Of a DNA stretch of 64,000 nt, positions 1 through 12,400 are shown piece after piece; position 1 is the stretch's first letter; each line of letters begins with the position of its first letter. Under the pieces are notes generated by a model, which did no database searches, had not been told where the DNA came from, and was given only the letters and a program-made list of their open reading frames with translations. The position numbers were made by a program, and so were the translations under genes. The stretch is taken from NCBI RefSeq assembly GCF_057098645.1, contig NZ_CM169472.1; one strand, 5' to 3'.

Positions 1-902
1 TGTTTGTGCTGGTGCAAATCTCCATCATGGTGGTGTTTATCTTCCTGGTGGTTCAGGGACTGCATAAAGGAGAAGGCGTTGGCACCGTCTGGTCACTTCA
101 ACCGTTTATCAGCGAGAACGCGCACCTGATCCCGATTATTACCGGGGCGACGATTGTGTGCTTCTCGTTCCTCGGTTTCGATGCGGTGACCACGCTTTCG
201 GAAGAGACGCCGGACGCCGCACGCGTGATCCCGAAAGCCATCTTCCTGACGGCGGTCTACGGTGGCGTTATCTTTATCGCGGCGTCGTTCTTTATGCAGC
301 TGTTCTTTCCCGATATCAGCCGCTTTAAAGATCCGGACGCTGCACTGCCTGAAATTGCGCTGTACGTCGGCGGCAAGCTGTTCCAGTCTATTTTCCTCTG
401 CACCACATTTGTGAACACATTGGCCTCTGGCCTGGCTTCACATGCCAGCGTGTCGCGCCTGCTGTATGTAATGGGGCGTGACAATGTGTTCCCAGAACGT
501 GTGTTTGGCTATGTACACCCGAAATGGCGTACCCCGGCTCTGAACGTCATTATGGTCGGTATTGTCGCGATGTCGGCATTGTTCTTTGATTTAGTCACCG
601 CGACAGCATTGATTAACTTCGGTGCTCTGGTGGCGTTTACCTTCGTGAATCTGTCGGTGTTTAATCATTTCTGGCGGCGTAAAGGAATGAATAAAAGTTG
701 GAAGGAACACTTCCACTATTTATTAATGCCGCTGGTTGGCGCGCTGACGGTGGGCGTACTGTGGATTAACCTCGAAGCCACCTCGCTGACGCTGGGTCTG
801 GTGTGGGCCTCGCTGGGTGGGGCGTATCTGTGGTATCTGGTACGTCGTTATCGCAAAGTACCGCTGTACGAGGGTGACAGAACGCCGGTGAGCGAGACGT
901 AA
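1..902 (+). CDS. puuP: APC-family amino acid/polyamine permease, 3' portion (5' end lies before the window)
   Basis: ORF 6..902 is open to the window start; multi-helix hydrophobic translation; position immediately upstream of ymjA-sapA matches K-12 puuP from memory. Confidence 0.7.
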   Translation, partial: FVLVQISIMVVFIFLVVQGLHKGEGVGTVWSLQPFISENAHLIPIITGATIVCFSFLGFDAVTTLSEETPDAARVIPKAIFLTAVYGGVIFIAASFFMQLFFPDISRFKDPDAALPEIALYVGGKLFQSIFLCTTFVNTLASGLASHASVSRLLYVMGRDNVFPERVFGYVHPKWRTPALNVIMVGIVAMSALFFDLVTATALINFGALVAFTFVNLSVFNHFWRRKGMNKSWKEHFHYLLMPLVGALTVGVLWINLEATSLTLGLVWASLGGAYLWYLVRRYRKVPLYEGDRTPVSET

Positions 903-1034
903 TTGTTGGATGCGGGCGCATTATCCGACCTGAGGGTAATGCGCCGCTCTATTAGCTATAAAAAGATGTATGACCCGGATCACGAGTGCTATTATCCGCC
1001 CCTATGCGTAGCGCATTAACCCCAGGGGCAAACA

Positions 1035-1280
1035 ATGAACCACGATATCCCATTAAAATATTTTGATATTGCCGATGAATACGCGACTGAATGCGCAGAA
1101 CCTGTCGCAGACGCAGAACGCACACCGCTGGCCCACTACTTCCAGTTACTACTCACCCGTTTGATGAACAATGAAGAGATCAGCGAAGAAGCCCAGCATG
1201 ACATGGCCGCTGAAGCGGGGATTAATTCCGCGCGCATTGATGAAATCGCAGAGTTTTTGAACCAATGGGGTAATGAGTAA
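1035..1280 (+). CDS. ymjA: small acidic protein YmjA (DUF2543-like)
   Basis: 81 aa ORF between puuP and sapA; translation recognised as YmjA. Confidence 0.75.
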   Translation: MNHDIPLKYFDIADEYATECAEPVADAERTPLAHYFQLLLTRLMNNEEISEEAQHDMAAEAGINSARIDEIAEFLNQWGNE

Positions 1281-1313
1281 TTATATCATTGCAGGCGCCT
1301 GGTCAGTATCGTT

Positions 1314-1344
1314 GCCCGGATAAAGCGTTCACGCCGCATCCGGC
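1314..1344. repeat. REP (repetitive extragenic palindromic) element
   Basis: gcccggataaagcgttcacgccgcatccggc is the reverse complement of the classical REP consensus GCCGGATGCGGCGTGAACGC...TTATCCGG. Confidence 0.7.
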
Positions 1345-1590
1345 TAAAAATGACGCACTACAGCCTGCTTTAATGGGTTTCTCACGATCGTACCTCTCCG
1401 TTCCTCGCTAAGTTATTCTGTGAGTTATAGTTATAGAGAAATCACGGGTACGAATGTTGAACAGATGGCGACGCCACCTGTTCAACGACCAACCACACGG
1501 CCCTCATTACGCCCCCTGAACACAAACGGTAATGGCAAATGTCATTAAATATTAGTAAGATAGCCTCTTTACATAAAATCCCTTAATATT

Positions 1591-3234
1591 ATGCGCCAGG
1601 TATTATCGTCTCTTTTGGTGATTGCTGGACTTGTGAATGGTCAGGCAATCGCCGCGCCTGAACCCACCCCGCATGCTGATATCCGCGACAGCGGTTTTGT
1701 CTATTGCGTCAGCGGGCAAGTCAACACCTTTAACCCATCCAAAGCGAGCAGTGGGTTAATTGTCGATACCCTTGCCGCCCAGTTTTATGATCGACTGCTG
1801 GATGTCGATCCGTATACCTATCGTCTGATGCCAGAACTTGCCGAAAGCTGGGAAGTGCTCGACAACGGCGCGACTTATCGCTTCCACCTGCGTCGCGATG
1901 TCCCGTTTCAAAAAACCGCCTGGTTTACTCCCACTCGCAAAATGAATGCCGATGATGTGGTGTTTACCTTCCAACGGATTTTTGACCGCAATAACCCGTG
2001 GCATAACGTCAACGGTAGTAACTTCCCCTATTTCGACAGTCTGCAATTTGCCGATAACGTTAAAAGCGTCCGCAAGCTGGATAATCATACCGTTGAGTTC
2101 CGTCTGGCTCAGCCGGATGCTTCTTTTTTGTGGCACCTCGCAACCCATTATGCTTCGGTCATGTCGGCAGAATATGCCCGGAAGTTAGAGAAAGAAGATC
2201 GCCAGGAGCAACTCGACCGTCAACCGGTCGGCACTGGACCGTATCAGTTGTCGGAATACCGCGCCGGGCAATTTATTCGCCTACAACGTCATGATGACTT
2301 CTGGCGCGGTAAACCGTTAATGCCGCAGGTGGTGGTGGATTTAGGCTCCGGCGGCACCGGACGTCTGTCGAAACTCCTGACCGGGGAATGCGACGTTCTG
2401 GCCTGGCCTGCTGCCAGCCAGCTATCCATTTTGCGTGACGACCCGCGCTTGCGTTTAACGCTGCGTCCTGGGATGAACGTCGCCTATCTGGCATTTAACA
2501 CCGCCAAACCGCCGCTAAATAATCCCGCTGTCCGCCATGCGCTGGCACTGGCGATTAATAACCAGCGCCTGATGCAATCCATCTATTATGGTACGGCTGA
2601 AACGGCGGCCTCTATTTTACCGCGCGCCTCGTGGGCCTATGACAACGAGGCTAAAATTACTGAATACAATCCGGCGAAATCGCGCGAACAGTTGAAGTCG
2701 TTGGGGCTGGAAAATTTAACGCTGAAACTGTGGGTGCCCACACGTTCGCAGGCGTGGAACCCCAGTCCACTGAAAACTGCCGAACTGATTCAGGCGGATA
2801 TGGCGCAGGTTGGCGTAAAAGTGGTGATTGTGCCGGTAGAAGGTCGCTTTCAGGAGGCGCGGTTGATGGATATGAGCCATGATCTGACGTTATCCGGTTG
2901 GGCGACGGACAGTAACGACCCGGACAGTTTCTTCCGTCCGTTACTGAGCTGCGCGGCAATTCATTCACAGACCAACCTCGCCCACTGGTGCGATCCGAAA
3001 TTCGACAGCGTGTTGCGTAAGGCGCTCTCCTCGCAGCAGCTGGCGGCGCGTATTGAAGCCTATGACGAAGCGCAGAGTATTCTGGCGCAGGAATTGCCCA
3101 TTTTGCCGCTGGCGTCGTCATTGCGTTTGCAGGCCTATCGGTACGATATCAAAGGTCTGGTGCTTAGCCCGTTTGGTAACGCCTCCTTTGCTGGGGTGTA
3201 TCGCGAGAAACAGGATGAGGTGAAAAAACCATGA
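1591..3234 (+). CDS. sapA: periplasmic substrate-binding protein of the Sap (peptide/putrescine) ABC transporter
   Basis: 547 aa with signal peptide; first gene of a five-gene ABC operon; recognised as SapA. Confidence 0.9.
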   Translation: MRQVLSSLLVIAGLVNGQAIAAPEPTPHADIRDSGFVYCVSGQVNTFNPSKASSGLIVDTLAAQFYDRLLDVDPYTYRLMPELAESWEVLDNGATYRFHLRRDVPFQKTAWFTPTRKMNADDVVFTFQRIFDRNNPWHNVNGSNFPYFDSLQFADNVKSVRKLDNHTVEFRLAQPDASFLWHLATHYASVMSAEYARKLEKEDRQEQLDRQPVGTGPYQLSEYRAGQFIRLQRHDDFWRGKPLMPQVVVDLGSGGTGRLSKLLTGECDVLAWPAASQLSILRDDPRLRLTLRPGMNVAYLAFNTAKPPLNNPAVRHALALAINNQRLMQSIYYGTAETAASILPRASWAYDNEAKITEYNPAKSREQLKSLGLENLTLKLWVPTRSQAWNPSPLKTAELIQADMAQVGVKVVIVPVEGRFQEARLMDMSHDLTLSGWATDSNDPDSFFRPLLSCAAIHSQTNLAHWCDPKFDSVLRKALSSQQLAARIEAYDEAQSILAQELPILPLASSLRLQAYRYDIKGLVLSPFGNASFAGVYREKQDEVKKP

Positions 3235-4196
3235 TTATCTTCACCTTACGCCGCATTTTGTTATTGATTGTCACCTTGTTCCTGCTGACCTTCGTTGGCT
3301 TCAGCTTGAGCTATTTCACTCCACACGCGCCGTTACAAGGCGCGTCACTGTGGAATGCCTGGGTGTTCTGGTTTAATGGCCTGATCCACTGGGATTTTGG
3401 TGTTTCCAGCATTAACGGTCAACCAATTGCCGAACAGTTAAAAGAGGTCTTCCCGGCGACGATGGAACTGTGCATCCTCGCCTTCGGTTTTGCGCTGATT
3501 GTTGGCATCCCCGTGGGGATGATTGCCGGGATTACGCGCCATAAGTGGCAGGATAACTTGATCAACGCCATCGCCTTACTGGGCTTTTCAATCCCGGTGT
3601 TCTGGCTGGCGCTTCTGTTGACACTGTTTTGTTCACTCACGCTAGGTTGGTTGCCCGTTTCAGGGCGTTTCGATCTGCTCTACGAAGTGAAACCGATTAC
3701 CGGTTTTGCGTTGATTGATGCCTGGCTTTCGGACTCACCATGGCGGGATGAAATGATCATGAGCGCAATCCGCCATATGATATTGCCCGTGATCACCCTG
3801 TCGGTTGCGCCAACAACTGAAGTGATCCGCCTGATGCGTATCAGCACTATCGAAGTGTATGACCAGAACTATGTAAAAGCGGCGGCGACCCGCGGTTTGT
3901 CGCGCTTTACTATTTTGCGTCGCCACGTTCTGCATAACGCGTTACCGCCGGTTATTCCTCGCCTGGGCTTACAGTTTTCCACCATGCTGACGCTGGCGAT
4001 GATCACCGAAATGGTTTTTAGCTGGCCGGGTTTAGGGCGCTGGTTAATTAACGCCATCCGCCAGCAGGATTACGCAGCCATTTCCGCCGGAGTGATGGTG
4101 TGTGGCTCACTGGTCATTATTGTTAACGTGATTTCTGATATTTTGGGTGCCATGGCTAACCCTCTGAAACATAAGGAATGGTATGCCTTACGATAG
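3231..4196 (+). CDS. sapB: Sap ABC transporter permease
   Basis: 321 aa membrane protein; start overlaps sapA stop by 4 nt. Confidence 0.9.
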
Positions 4197-5073
4197 CGTA
4201 TACAGCGAAAAGCGCCCGCCGGGCACGCTGCGTACCGCCTGGCGCAAATTTTATAGTGACGCCTCTGCGATGGTCGGCCTGTACGGCTGCGCGGGGCTGG
4301 CTGTACTGTGTATTTTTGGCGGCTGGTTTGCGCCTTACGGCATCGACCAGCAATTTCTCGGTTACCAATTATTGCCGCCATCATGGTCGCGCTATGGCGA
4401 AGTTTCTTTCTTCCTGGGGACTGACGACCTCGGACGCGATGTTTTAAGCCGTTTACTGAGCGGAGCTGCGCCAACCGTGGGTGGCGCATTTGTGGTGACA
4501 CTTGCCGCGACGATCTGTGGCCTGGTACTGGGCACCTTCGCCGGGGCGACGCACGGCCTCCGCTCAGCGGTGCTTAACCATATTCTGGATACCTTACTGG
4601 CGATCCCTTCCCTGCTGTTGGCAATTATCGTTGTAGCGTTTGCCGGACCGAGTTTGTCCCACGCTATGTTTGCTGTCTGGCTGGCATTGCTGCCGCGTAT
4701 GGTACGTTCGATTTACAGCATGGTGCATGACGAACTGGAAAAAGAGTACGTTATCGCCGCCCGTCTGGATGGCGCATCAACGCTGAATATTCTCTGGTTT
4801 GCTGTGATGCCTAACATCACCGCCGGGCTGGTCACCGAGATCACCCGCGCACTGTCGATGGCAATTCTCGATATCGCCGCGCTGGGCTTTCTCGATCTTG
4901 GCGCACAACTCCCCTCGCCTGAATGGGGAGCGATGCTCGGTGATGCGCTGGAACTGATTTATGTCGCCCCGTGGACTGTCATGCTGCCAGGTGCGGCAAT
5001 TATGATTAGCGTGCTGTTGGTTAACCTCCTTGGCGACGGTGTCCGTCGTGCAATTATTGCGGGGGTGGAATAA
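4183..5073 (+). CDS. sapC: Sap ABC transporter permease
   Basis: 296 aa membrane protein; overlaps sapB end by 14 nt. Confidence 0.9.
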
Positions 5074-6065
5074 TGCCATTACTCGATATTCGTAACCTGA
5101 CTATTGAATTTAAAACCGGTGATGAGTGGGTTAAAGCCGTTGACCGGGTAAGTATGACCTTAACCGAAGGTGAAATCCGCGGTCTTGTTGGCGAATCCGG
5201 TTCCGGCAAAAGTTTGATTGCGAAAGCGATTTGTGGGGTGAATAAAGATAACTGGCGTGTTACTGCAGACCGTATGCGTTTTGATGATATCGATTTGCTG
5301 CGTCTCTCCGCACGCGAACGGCGCAAGCTGGTTGGCCACAACGTGTCGATGATTTTCCAGGAACCGCAGTCGTGTCTAGATCCTTCAGAACGTGTGGGTC
5401 GCCAGTTGATGCAAAACATCCCAGCCTGGACCTATAAAGGCCGTTGGTGGCAGCGTTTTGGCTGGCGCAAACGGCGTGCCATTGAACTGCTGCACCGCGT
5501 GGGGATTAAAGATCACAAAGATGCGATGCGCAGTTTTCCCTATGAGTTGACCGAAGGTGAATGTCAGAAAGTGATGATAGCCATTGCACTGGCGAATCAA
5601 CCGCGTCTGCTGATTGCTGACGAACCGACCAACTCAATGGAGCCAACAACCCAGGCGCAAATCTTTCGCCTGCTGACGCGTCTCAACCAAAACAGCAATA
5701 CCACTATTTTGCTTATCAGCCATGACTTACAAATGCTTAGCCAATGGGCGGATAAAATTAACGTGCTTTACTGCGGTCAAACGGTGGAAACCGCGCCGAG
5801 TAAGGAGTTGGTGACGATGCCACATCATCCTTATACCCAGGCGCTGATCCGCGCGATACCAGACTTCGGCAGCGCGATGCCGCATAAAAGTCGCCTCAAT
5901 ACGCTGCCCGGCGCTATCCCACTGCTGGAACAGTTACCGATTGGTTGTCGTCTGGGGCCGCGTTGCCCGTACGCACAACGAGAATGCATTGTGACGCCAC
6001 GTTTGACGGGGGCGAAAAATCATCTCTATGCCTGTCATTTCCCGCTGAACATGGAGAAAGAGTGA
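5073..6065 (+). CDS. sapD: Sap ABC transporter ATP-binding protein
   Basis: 330 aa; Walker A GESGSGKS; start overlaps sapC stop. Confidence 0.9.
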
Positions 6066-6066
6066 G

Positions 6067-6873
6067 ATGATCGAAACGCTGCTTGAAGTGCGTAATTTAA
6101 GTAAAACGTTCCGCTACCGGACCGGTTGGTTTCGTCGTCAGACCGTAGAAGCGGTAAAACCCTTGAGCTTTACGCTACGTGAAGGCCAGACACTGGCGAT
6201 TATTGGCGAGAATGGTTCGGGTAAATCCACGCTGGCAAAAATGCTGGCGGGAATGATAGAACCTACCAGCGGCGAGTTATTGATTGACGATCATCCACTG
6301 CATTTTGGCGATTATTCCTTCCGCAGTCAGCGTATTCGCATGATTTTTCAGGATCCTTCGACCTCGTTGAATCCCCGTCAACGTATCTCGCAAATCCTGG
6401 ATTTTCCACTGCGCCTGAACACCAACCTGGAACCGGAACAGCGTCGCAAACAGATTATTGAAACGATGCGTATGGTTGGGCTGCTACCGGATCACGTCAG
6501 TTACTATCCGCATATGTTGGCCCCCGGGCAAAAACAGCGTCTGGGTCTGGCGCGCGCGCTGATATTGCGCCCAAAAGTCATTATTGCCGATGAAGCCCTC
6601 GCTTCACTGGATATGTCGATGCGTTCGCAGTTGATTAATCTGATGCTGGAATTACAGGAAAAACAGGGCATTTCGTATATTTATGTTACTCAGCATATCG
6701 GAATGATGAAGCACATTAGCGACCTGGTGCTGGTGATGCATCAGGGCGAGGTTGTCGAGCGAGGCAGCACCGCGGATGTGCTGGCATCGCCGCTGCATGA
6801 ACTCACCAAACGGCTGATTGCCGGTCATTTTGGCGAGGCATTGACAGCGGATGCGTGGCGTAAGGACCGTTAG
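6067..6873 (+). CDS. sapF: Sap ABC transporter ATP-binding protein
   Basis: 268 aa; Walker A GENGSGKST; begins 2 nt after sapD stop. Confidence 0.9.
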   Translation: MIETLLEVRNLSKTFRYRTGWFRRQTVEAVKPLSFTLREGQTLAIIGENGSGKSTLAKMLAGMIEPTSGELLIDDHPLHFGDYSFRSQRIRMIFQDPSTSLNPRQRISQILDFPLRLNTNLEPEQRRKQIIETMRMVGLLPDHVSYYPHMLAPGQKQRLGLARALILRPKVIIADEALASLDMSMRSQLINLMLELQEKQGISYIYVTQHIGMMKHISDLVLVMHQGEVVERGSTADVLASPLHELTKRLIAGHFGEALTADAWRKDR

Positions 6874-6881
6874 TGTTCTGC

Positions 6882-6918
6882 ACCTCATCCTGACAGGGGC
6901 CCCCCCTCAGGATGAGGT
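6882..6918. terminator. hairpin between convergent sapF and MFS genes (probable bidirectional terminator)
   Basis: inverted repeat acctcatcctga ... tcaggatgaggt with GC-rich loop in the 50 bp gap between the two stop codons. Confidence 0.5.
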
Positions 6919-6923
6919 ATTCA

Positions 6924-8087
6924 TTACTTTTGATTGTCGATTCTGGTGAGAGCAACCAGGAATGCCAGTGTATAACACACCGTAATTGCCAGACTCATTT
7001 TTAACAGTGTTTCTCCGCCAAATCCCGACAATGGCGCGGCTATACCGCCGAAGACAAACATGCTCATCCCCATCAACGCAGACGCCGTTCCAGATTCCTG
7101 TGTCCCTACTGCACTCATAGCCTCTGCCCCGCCAACAGTGCCGATGCCGCTACAAAATGCAATAGTGAAAAATAATGCCACCAGTGCCGGAATGGGCAAT
7201 TGTGTCCATGCGCATAAGACCGTGAGCAATGCACACAAAATTGCCGCTATCAGGCCACCTCGCAACAATGTCATCGCATTAATCCGTCGCGCCAGACGCG
7301 AAAAGATCCATGAAGCAATGATAAGTCCGATGCCGTTAAGGCCAAACACCAGGCTAAATTGCATTGGACTAAAGCCAAATTCCTTCTGCAACACGAACGA
7401 CGAAGAGCCGATATACGCAAACAAGCCTGCCAGCATAAAACTTTGAATCAGGCAAAAGCGCATAAAACGGCGGTTCTGCACCACGCTTCGTCCGGTTAAT
7501 AGCAATGATGAGCCCCTTTTATTTTCTGGCAAGGTCTCATTAATAAATAACACGCAGCCCAGCAACAATACGGCGCTAATTTCAGCCATTACCCAGAATA
7601 AAGTGCGCCAGTCAAAAGTGCTAACAATGTACCCGCCCAGCACTGGCGACAACACCGGTGCCAGGCCATTCACCGTCATTAACAGCGCAAAAAACTGGGT
7701 CAACGTTACTCCCTGATATTTGTCACGAGCAATAGAACGAGAGAGCACCGAACCACCCGCCCCCGCGATCCCTTGAATAAAACGCCAGACCACCAGCCAG
7801 TAAATATTGTTCGTTGTCGCGCACAAAATGGAAGAAACAATAAACAATAGCAACGACAAGATTAACGGACGTTTACGCCCTATTTTGTCGCTCAGAGGGC
7901 CAAATAACAGTTGTCCGACGCCAAGACCGATCAGTGATGCAGTCAGCGTTAATTGCGTTATGGTCGTGGTTGCCGCCAGTTGCTCAGACATCTCCGGCAA
8001 AGCCGGCAAATAAAGATCGGTACACATCGGGCCGATACCGGCTAAAAGACCAAGAATCAATGCCCATGAAAGAGAGACTCTAGCCAT
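6924..8087 (-). CDS. MFS transporter, Bcr/CflA-like drug-efflux subfamily
   Basis: 387 aa, about 12 predicted TM helices; N-terminal DLYLPALP-type motif; 9 bp downstream of the OMF gene on the same strand. Confidence 0.75.
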   Translation of the reverse strand: MARVSLSWALILGLLAGIGPMCTDLYLPALPEMSEQLAATTTITQLTLTASLIGLGVGQLLFGPLSDKIGRKRPLILSLLLFIVSSILCATTNNIYWLVVWRFIQGIAGAGGSVLSRSIARDKYQGVTLTQFFALLMTVNGLAPVLSPVLGGYIVSTFDWRTLFWVMAEISAVLLLGCVLFINETLPENKRGSSLLLTGRSVVQNRRFMRFCLIQSFMLAGLFAYIGSSSFVLQKEFGFSPMQFSLVFGLNGIGLIIASWIFSRLARRINAMTLLRGGLIAAILCALLTVLCAWTQLPIPALVALFFTIAFCSGIGTVGGAEAMSAVGTQESGTASALMGMSMFVFGGIAAPLSGFGGETLLKMSLAITVCYTLAFLVALTRIDNQK

Positions 8088-8095
8088 ATTATTCC

Positions 8096-9469
8096 TTACT
8101 TGAGTGATGACATGCCGCCGCCCAGCGACTGCCAGAGCGTGATTCGGTTTGTAAAATCAGTCAGTTGCAGTGCCAGTAGCTCCTGCTGTGCGCTCCACAA
8201 GCTGCGCTGCGCCGTCAACACGGTCAGGTAATCACCAACACCCGTCTGATAGCGACGCAAGCCAACATCGACCGTTTGTTGCTCAGCTTTAACATACTGG
8301 CGCTGTGCATCCAGTTGCTCTTCAAGCGTGGTCCGCCGCGCCAGTGCGTTAGCGACATCTTTAAATGCGCTCTGAACGGTTTTTTCATAGGTGGCAATGA
8401 GTCCACGCTTTTGTGCTTCTGCGTAACGAAGCTGCGCCAGATTACTTCCGCCAGTGAACAGCGGTAATGTGACCGATGGCGTAAATGACCAGATCTGCAT
8501 TCCGTGGCTGAACAACGACGACAATGCGTCACTGCCAACACCAGCGCTGGCAGTCAGCGAAATCGTCGGGAAAAAGTTAGCCCGCGCCGCGCCAATATCG
8601 GCATTGGCGCTCTTCAAATTATGTTCCGCTTCCTGGATATCCGGGCGACGCAGCAGAACGTCAGATGACACTCCCGCAGGAACCAGACTTATCATCTGTT
8701 CCGGCAGGCTTTCCAGTGTTCCCGGTAGCAAATTTTCCTCAAGCGTTGTACCTGCCAGTAAGTTCAGCGCATTTTTATCCTGCATCACTTGTGTCTGATA
8801 GCTGGCAACGCTGGCGCGCGCTTGCTGATAAACACTCATCGCCTCACTGACATCTGTCGCTGCCGCCGTGCCAACCTGTTGCTGGCGCTGGATAATTTTC
8901 AATGAGTTTTCTGCACTGGTCATCGTTTCTTTTGCCAGGGCCAGGTTGCTGTTATCGGCCGCCAGTGTCAGCCAGGCGGTGCTGATTTCAGCAATCAGCG
9001 TTAAACGGGTGTTCTGGGCTGTAAATTCACTGGCAAGCCAGGTTTCTCGCGCCGCCCGAGATAAACTCTGATTACGACCAAACAGATCTAACGTAAAACT
9101 GGACACCGTGCCGTCAGCCTCGGCAGTGGTTTCCGTACCATTCGCCAGCGAACGACTGCGGGTTGAACTTAAGGCCGCATTCACCGTCGGGAATAACGAC
9201 GCATTAGTTTGCCCATAGAGCGCCCGTGCTGAGTCAATATCAGCAATCGCTTTTTGCACATCGCGGTTACTGTTCAGTGCAATAGTCACCACCTGCTGCA
9301 ATCGGGGATCGTGGATCACCTGCTGCCAGTCATGGCTGATTGCCTTTCCCTGGCCCTGTGCTCCCGGCAAGGTCGCCGGGATTGGGGATTCAGGCGTGCT
9401 GTAGTGGGGATCGAGCGAGACACATCCCGCACTCAACAGCACCAGAAAAATAAGAGAACGACGCAACAT
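8096..9469 (-). CDS. outer-membrane efflux lipoprotein (NodT/OprM-type OMF)
   Basis: 457 aa; lipobox LSAGC near N-terminus; coiled-coil rich; follows the RND gene with a 4 bp gap. Confidence 0.8.
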   Translation of the reverse strand: MLRRSLIFLVLLSAGCVSLDPHYSTPESPIPATLPGAQGQGKAISHDWQQVIHDPRLQQVVTIALNSNRDVQKAIADIDSARALYGQTNASLFPTVNAALSSTRSRSLANGTETTAEADGTVSSFTLDLFGRNQSLSRAARETWLASEFTAQNTRLTLIAEISTAWLTLAADNSNLALAKETMTSAENSLKIIQRQQQVGTAAATDVSEAMSVYQQARASVASYQTQVMQDKNALNLLAGTTLEENLLPGTLESLPEQMISLVPAGVSSDVLLRRPDIQEAEHNLKSANADIGAARANFFPTISLTASAGVGSDALSSLFSHGMQIWSFTPSVTLPLFTGGSNLAQLRYAEAQKRGLIATYEKTVQSAFKDVANALARRTTLEEQLDAQRQYVKAEQQTVDVGLRRYQTGVGDYLTVLTAQRSLWSAQQELLALQLTDFTNRITLWQSLGGGMSSLK

Positions 9470-9472
9470 AAC

Positions 9473-12400
9473 TTACTCCTGACGGCGCGGTTTACCGGCA
9501 AACAAACGTTTCACCAGTACAAAAAACAGAGGAACAAAGAAAATAGCCAGCAACGTAGCGGTCAGCGTACCGCCAATAATGCCCGTACCAATGGCGATGC
9601 GGCTGTTCGCCCCTGCGCCGGTTGCTATCGCCAGCGGCATTACCCCCGCAATAAACGCCAGCGAGGTCAAGATGATTGGGCGTAAACGAGTCTGCGCCGC
9701 GCGTAATGCCGCACGACTCAAGGAATAACCCTCTGCAACCGCCGCTTCAGCAAATTCCACAATCAGAATGGCGTTTTTCGACGACAAGCCGATAGTGGTT
9801 AATAGCGCCACCTGGAAGTAAACATCGTTGTTTAAATCACGCATCCAGGCCGCCAGCGCCGCGCCAAGAAGCCCCAGAGGGATCACCAGAATGACCGAGA
9901 ACGGGACTGACCAGCTTTCGTACAGTGCTGCAAGGCAGAGGAAAACCACCAGAATAGAAACTGCATACAGACTCAATGCCTGACCGCTGGCCAGTTTCTC
10001 CTGCAATGACAAACCACTCCAGGCCCAGGTTGTTCCCGCAGGAAGACTGTTTGCCAGTTCCTCCATTTTTGTCATTGCATCGCCGGAACTAAAGCCAGTC
10101 GCATTTTCCCCCTGAATTTCATAGGCTGCAGAACCGTTGTAGCGCACCAGTCTTTCCGGTCCATACAGCCAGCGGGTGGTCGCAAAAGCAGAGAATGGTG
10201 TCATGGCGTTATCGCTACCGCGCACACACCATTTACCTAAGTCTGACGGCGCGGAACGAAATTCACTGTCGCCCTGAATGTAGACTTTTTTCACACGACC
10301 ACGGTCAATAAAGTCATTCACATAAGTACCGCCCCACGCACTGGACAGGGTGTCGGTGACATCATTCAAACTCAACCCTAATGACACCGCTTTATTACTA
10401 TCAATATCTACCTGCAATTGCGGCATTTGTGGCAAATCATTGGCACGAACAGAATGTAACTCCGGACTTTGATTCGCTTTTTCTATCAACTGATTACGCA
10501 TTTGCAGTAGTGTTTCGCGATCGGTTCCACCGTTAGCTAACAATTCAAACGTAAAACCATTGCTTTGCCCCAGCCCATCAACGGCTGGCGGCGTCATCGC
10601 AAATACCGTGGCATCACGAATTGTGCCCAGCTCTTTGGTTGCCCGTAGGGCGATAGCCTGGGCGGTGTTTTCTGCCCCTTTACGTTGAGACCAGTTTTTC
10701 AACGAAACAAACGCCATCCCGGTGTTCTGTCCGCTGCCGCTAAAACTGAAACCATCAACGGTAAAAATGACATCGGTATTTGCTTTCTCGTTAATCAGGA
10801 ACCAGTCAACAATCTGGCGATTCACTTCTGCTGTACGGGCAGCGGTCGCCCCGGCCGGCAGCGTGTACTGCACCATGATTTCGCCCTGGTCTTCAGTGGG
10901 TAAGAAACTGCCCGGCAGTTTCCACATCATCAGGGCCATTCCACCACCCAGTACGAGATAAAGCCCCATCGTTCGAGCAGCACGGCGCAGGACATAAATT
11001 ACGCCTCGCTGATATTTATCTTCAGTACGGCGGTAAAAGCGGTTAAATGCGCCGAAAAAGCCTTTTTTATGTGGCGGAACATGCTGGAGGACGGAACCGC
11101 ACAGGGCGGGAGTCAAGGTCAATGCCACCACCACGGAAAGCAGCATTGCGGAGATAATGGTTATCGAAAACTGACGATAAATTACCCCCGTAGATCCCCC
11201 AAAGAAGGCCATAGGCAGGAATACGGCTGACAACACCAGCGCAATGGCAACCAGTGCGCCAGAAATCTCGCCCATTGATTTTTCCGTGGCTTCACGCGCG
11301 GGCAACCCTTCGTCACGCATAATGCGTTCGACGTTCTCCACTACCACAATGGCATCGTCCACCAGCAAGCCGATCGCCAGCACCATTGCAAACAACGTCA
11401 GGGTATTAATCGAATAGCCAAACAACGCAAGAACGCCGAATGTGCCCAGCAAAACGACGGGGACAGCTAACCCCGGAATCAGTGTGGCACGCAGGTTTTG
11501 CAGGAATAAATACATCACGCAAACCACCAATACGATGGCTTCAAACAGCGTCTGAATTACGTCCTCTACAGAGATTTTAATAAATTCAGTGCTGTCTTTC
11601 GGGTAAGCGATGTCGTATCCCTGCGGCATGTTCCGCTGGAATTCGGCAATCTTATCCTTGACCAGCGTCGCCGTATTCAGCGCATTCGCACCGGGCGAAA
11701 GCATTACAGCAACCCCGGCAGACGGGTGACCGTTAAGTTTGCCGATAGCGGTATAATCTTCACTGCCCATCTCAACGCGAGCCACATCTTTTATACGAAC
11801 AACTGCGCCGTCTGACTGGCTTTTCACGATAATATTTTTGAACTGATCCACCGTCTGCAAGCGAGACTGCGCACGTACCGTTGCGGTCAGTTGCTGAGTA
11901 TTCGGTGAAGGCAATGCCCCTATTTTCCCGGCAGTAACCTGCACGTTTTGCGCTTCAATAGCACTTTGCACGTCTGAAGGCATTAGCGAGTAAGACGCCA
12001 GTTTGGCCGGGTCAAGCCAGATGCGCATAGCGTATTCCGCGCCAAAGACTTGCAGACTCCCCACACCTTCAACACGCGCCAGCGGGTCCTGAACGTTACT
12101 AACCAACCAGTCGGCGATATCCGAACTAGAGGCTTTGTCAGTGGTGTCATACACGGCAGCAATCAGCAAAAAGTTGCTTTGTGATTTCTCCACCGTAACA
12201 CCCGTTTGCTGCACTTCGCTAGGTAGGCGCGACTCCGCCTGCTGAATTTTATTCTGCACCTGAACCTGTGCAGTATCTGGATCGGTACCTTGTTCAAAGG
12301 TCACATTAATACTGACCGAACCATCAGAGCTGCTGGTTGAGCTGAAATAGAGTAAATTATCAAGCCCAGTGAGTTGTTGCTCGATAACCTGAGTCACGCT

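Noticed and set aside
2657-3121. 154-aa minus-strand ORF and other ORFs overlapping sapA
   Set aside because: Antisense to sapA; Pro/Arg-rich low-complexity translation typical of out-of-frame GC-rich sequence.
9254-9685. 143-aa plus-strand ORF spanning the OMF/RND gene junction
   Set aside because: Antisense to two tightly linked efflux genes; Arg/Gln-rich composition indicates a chance frame.
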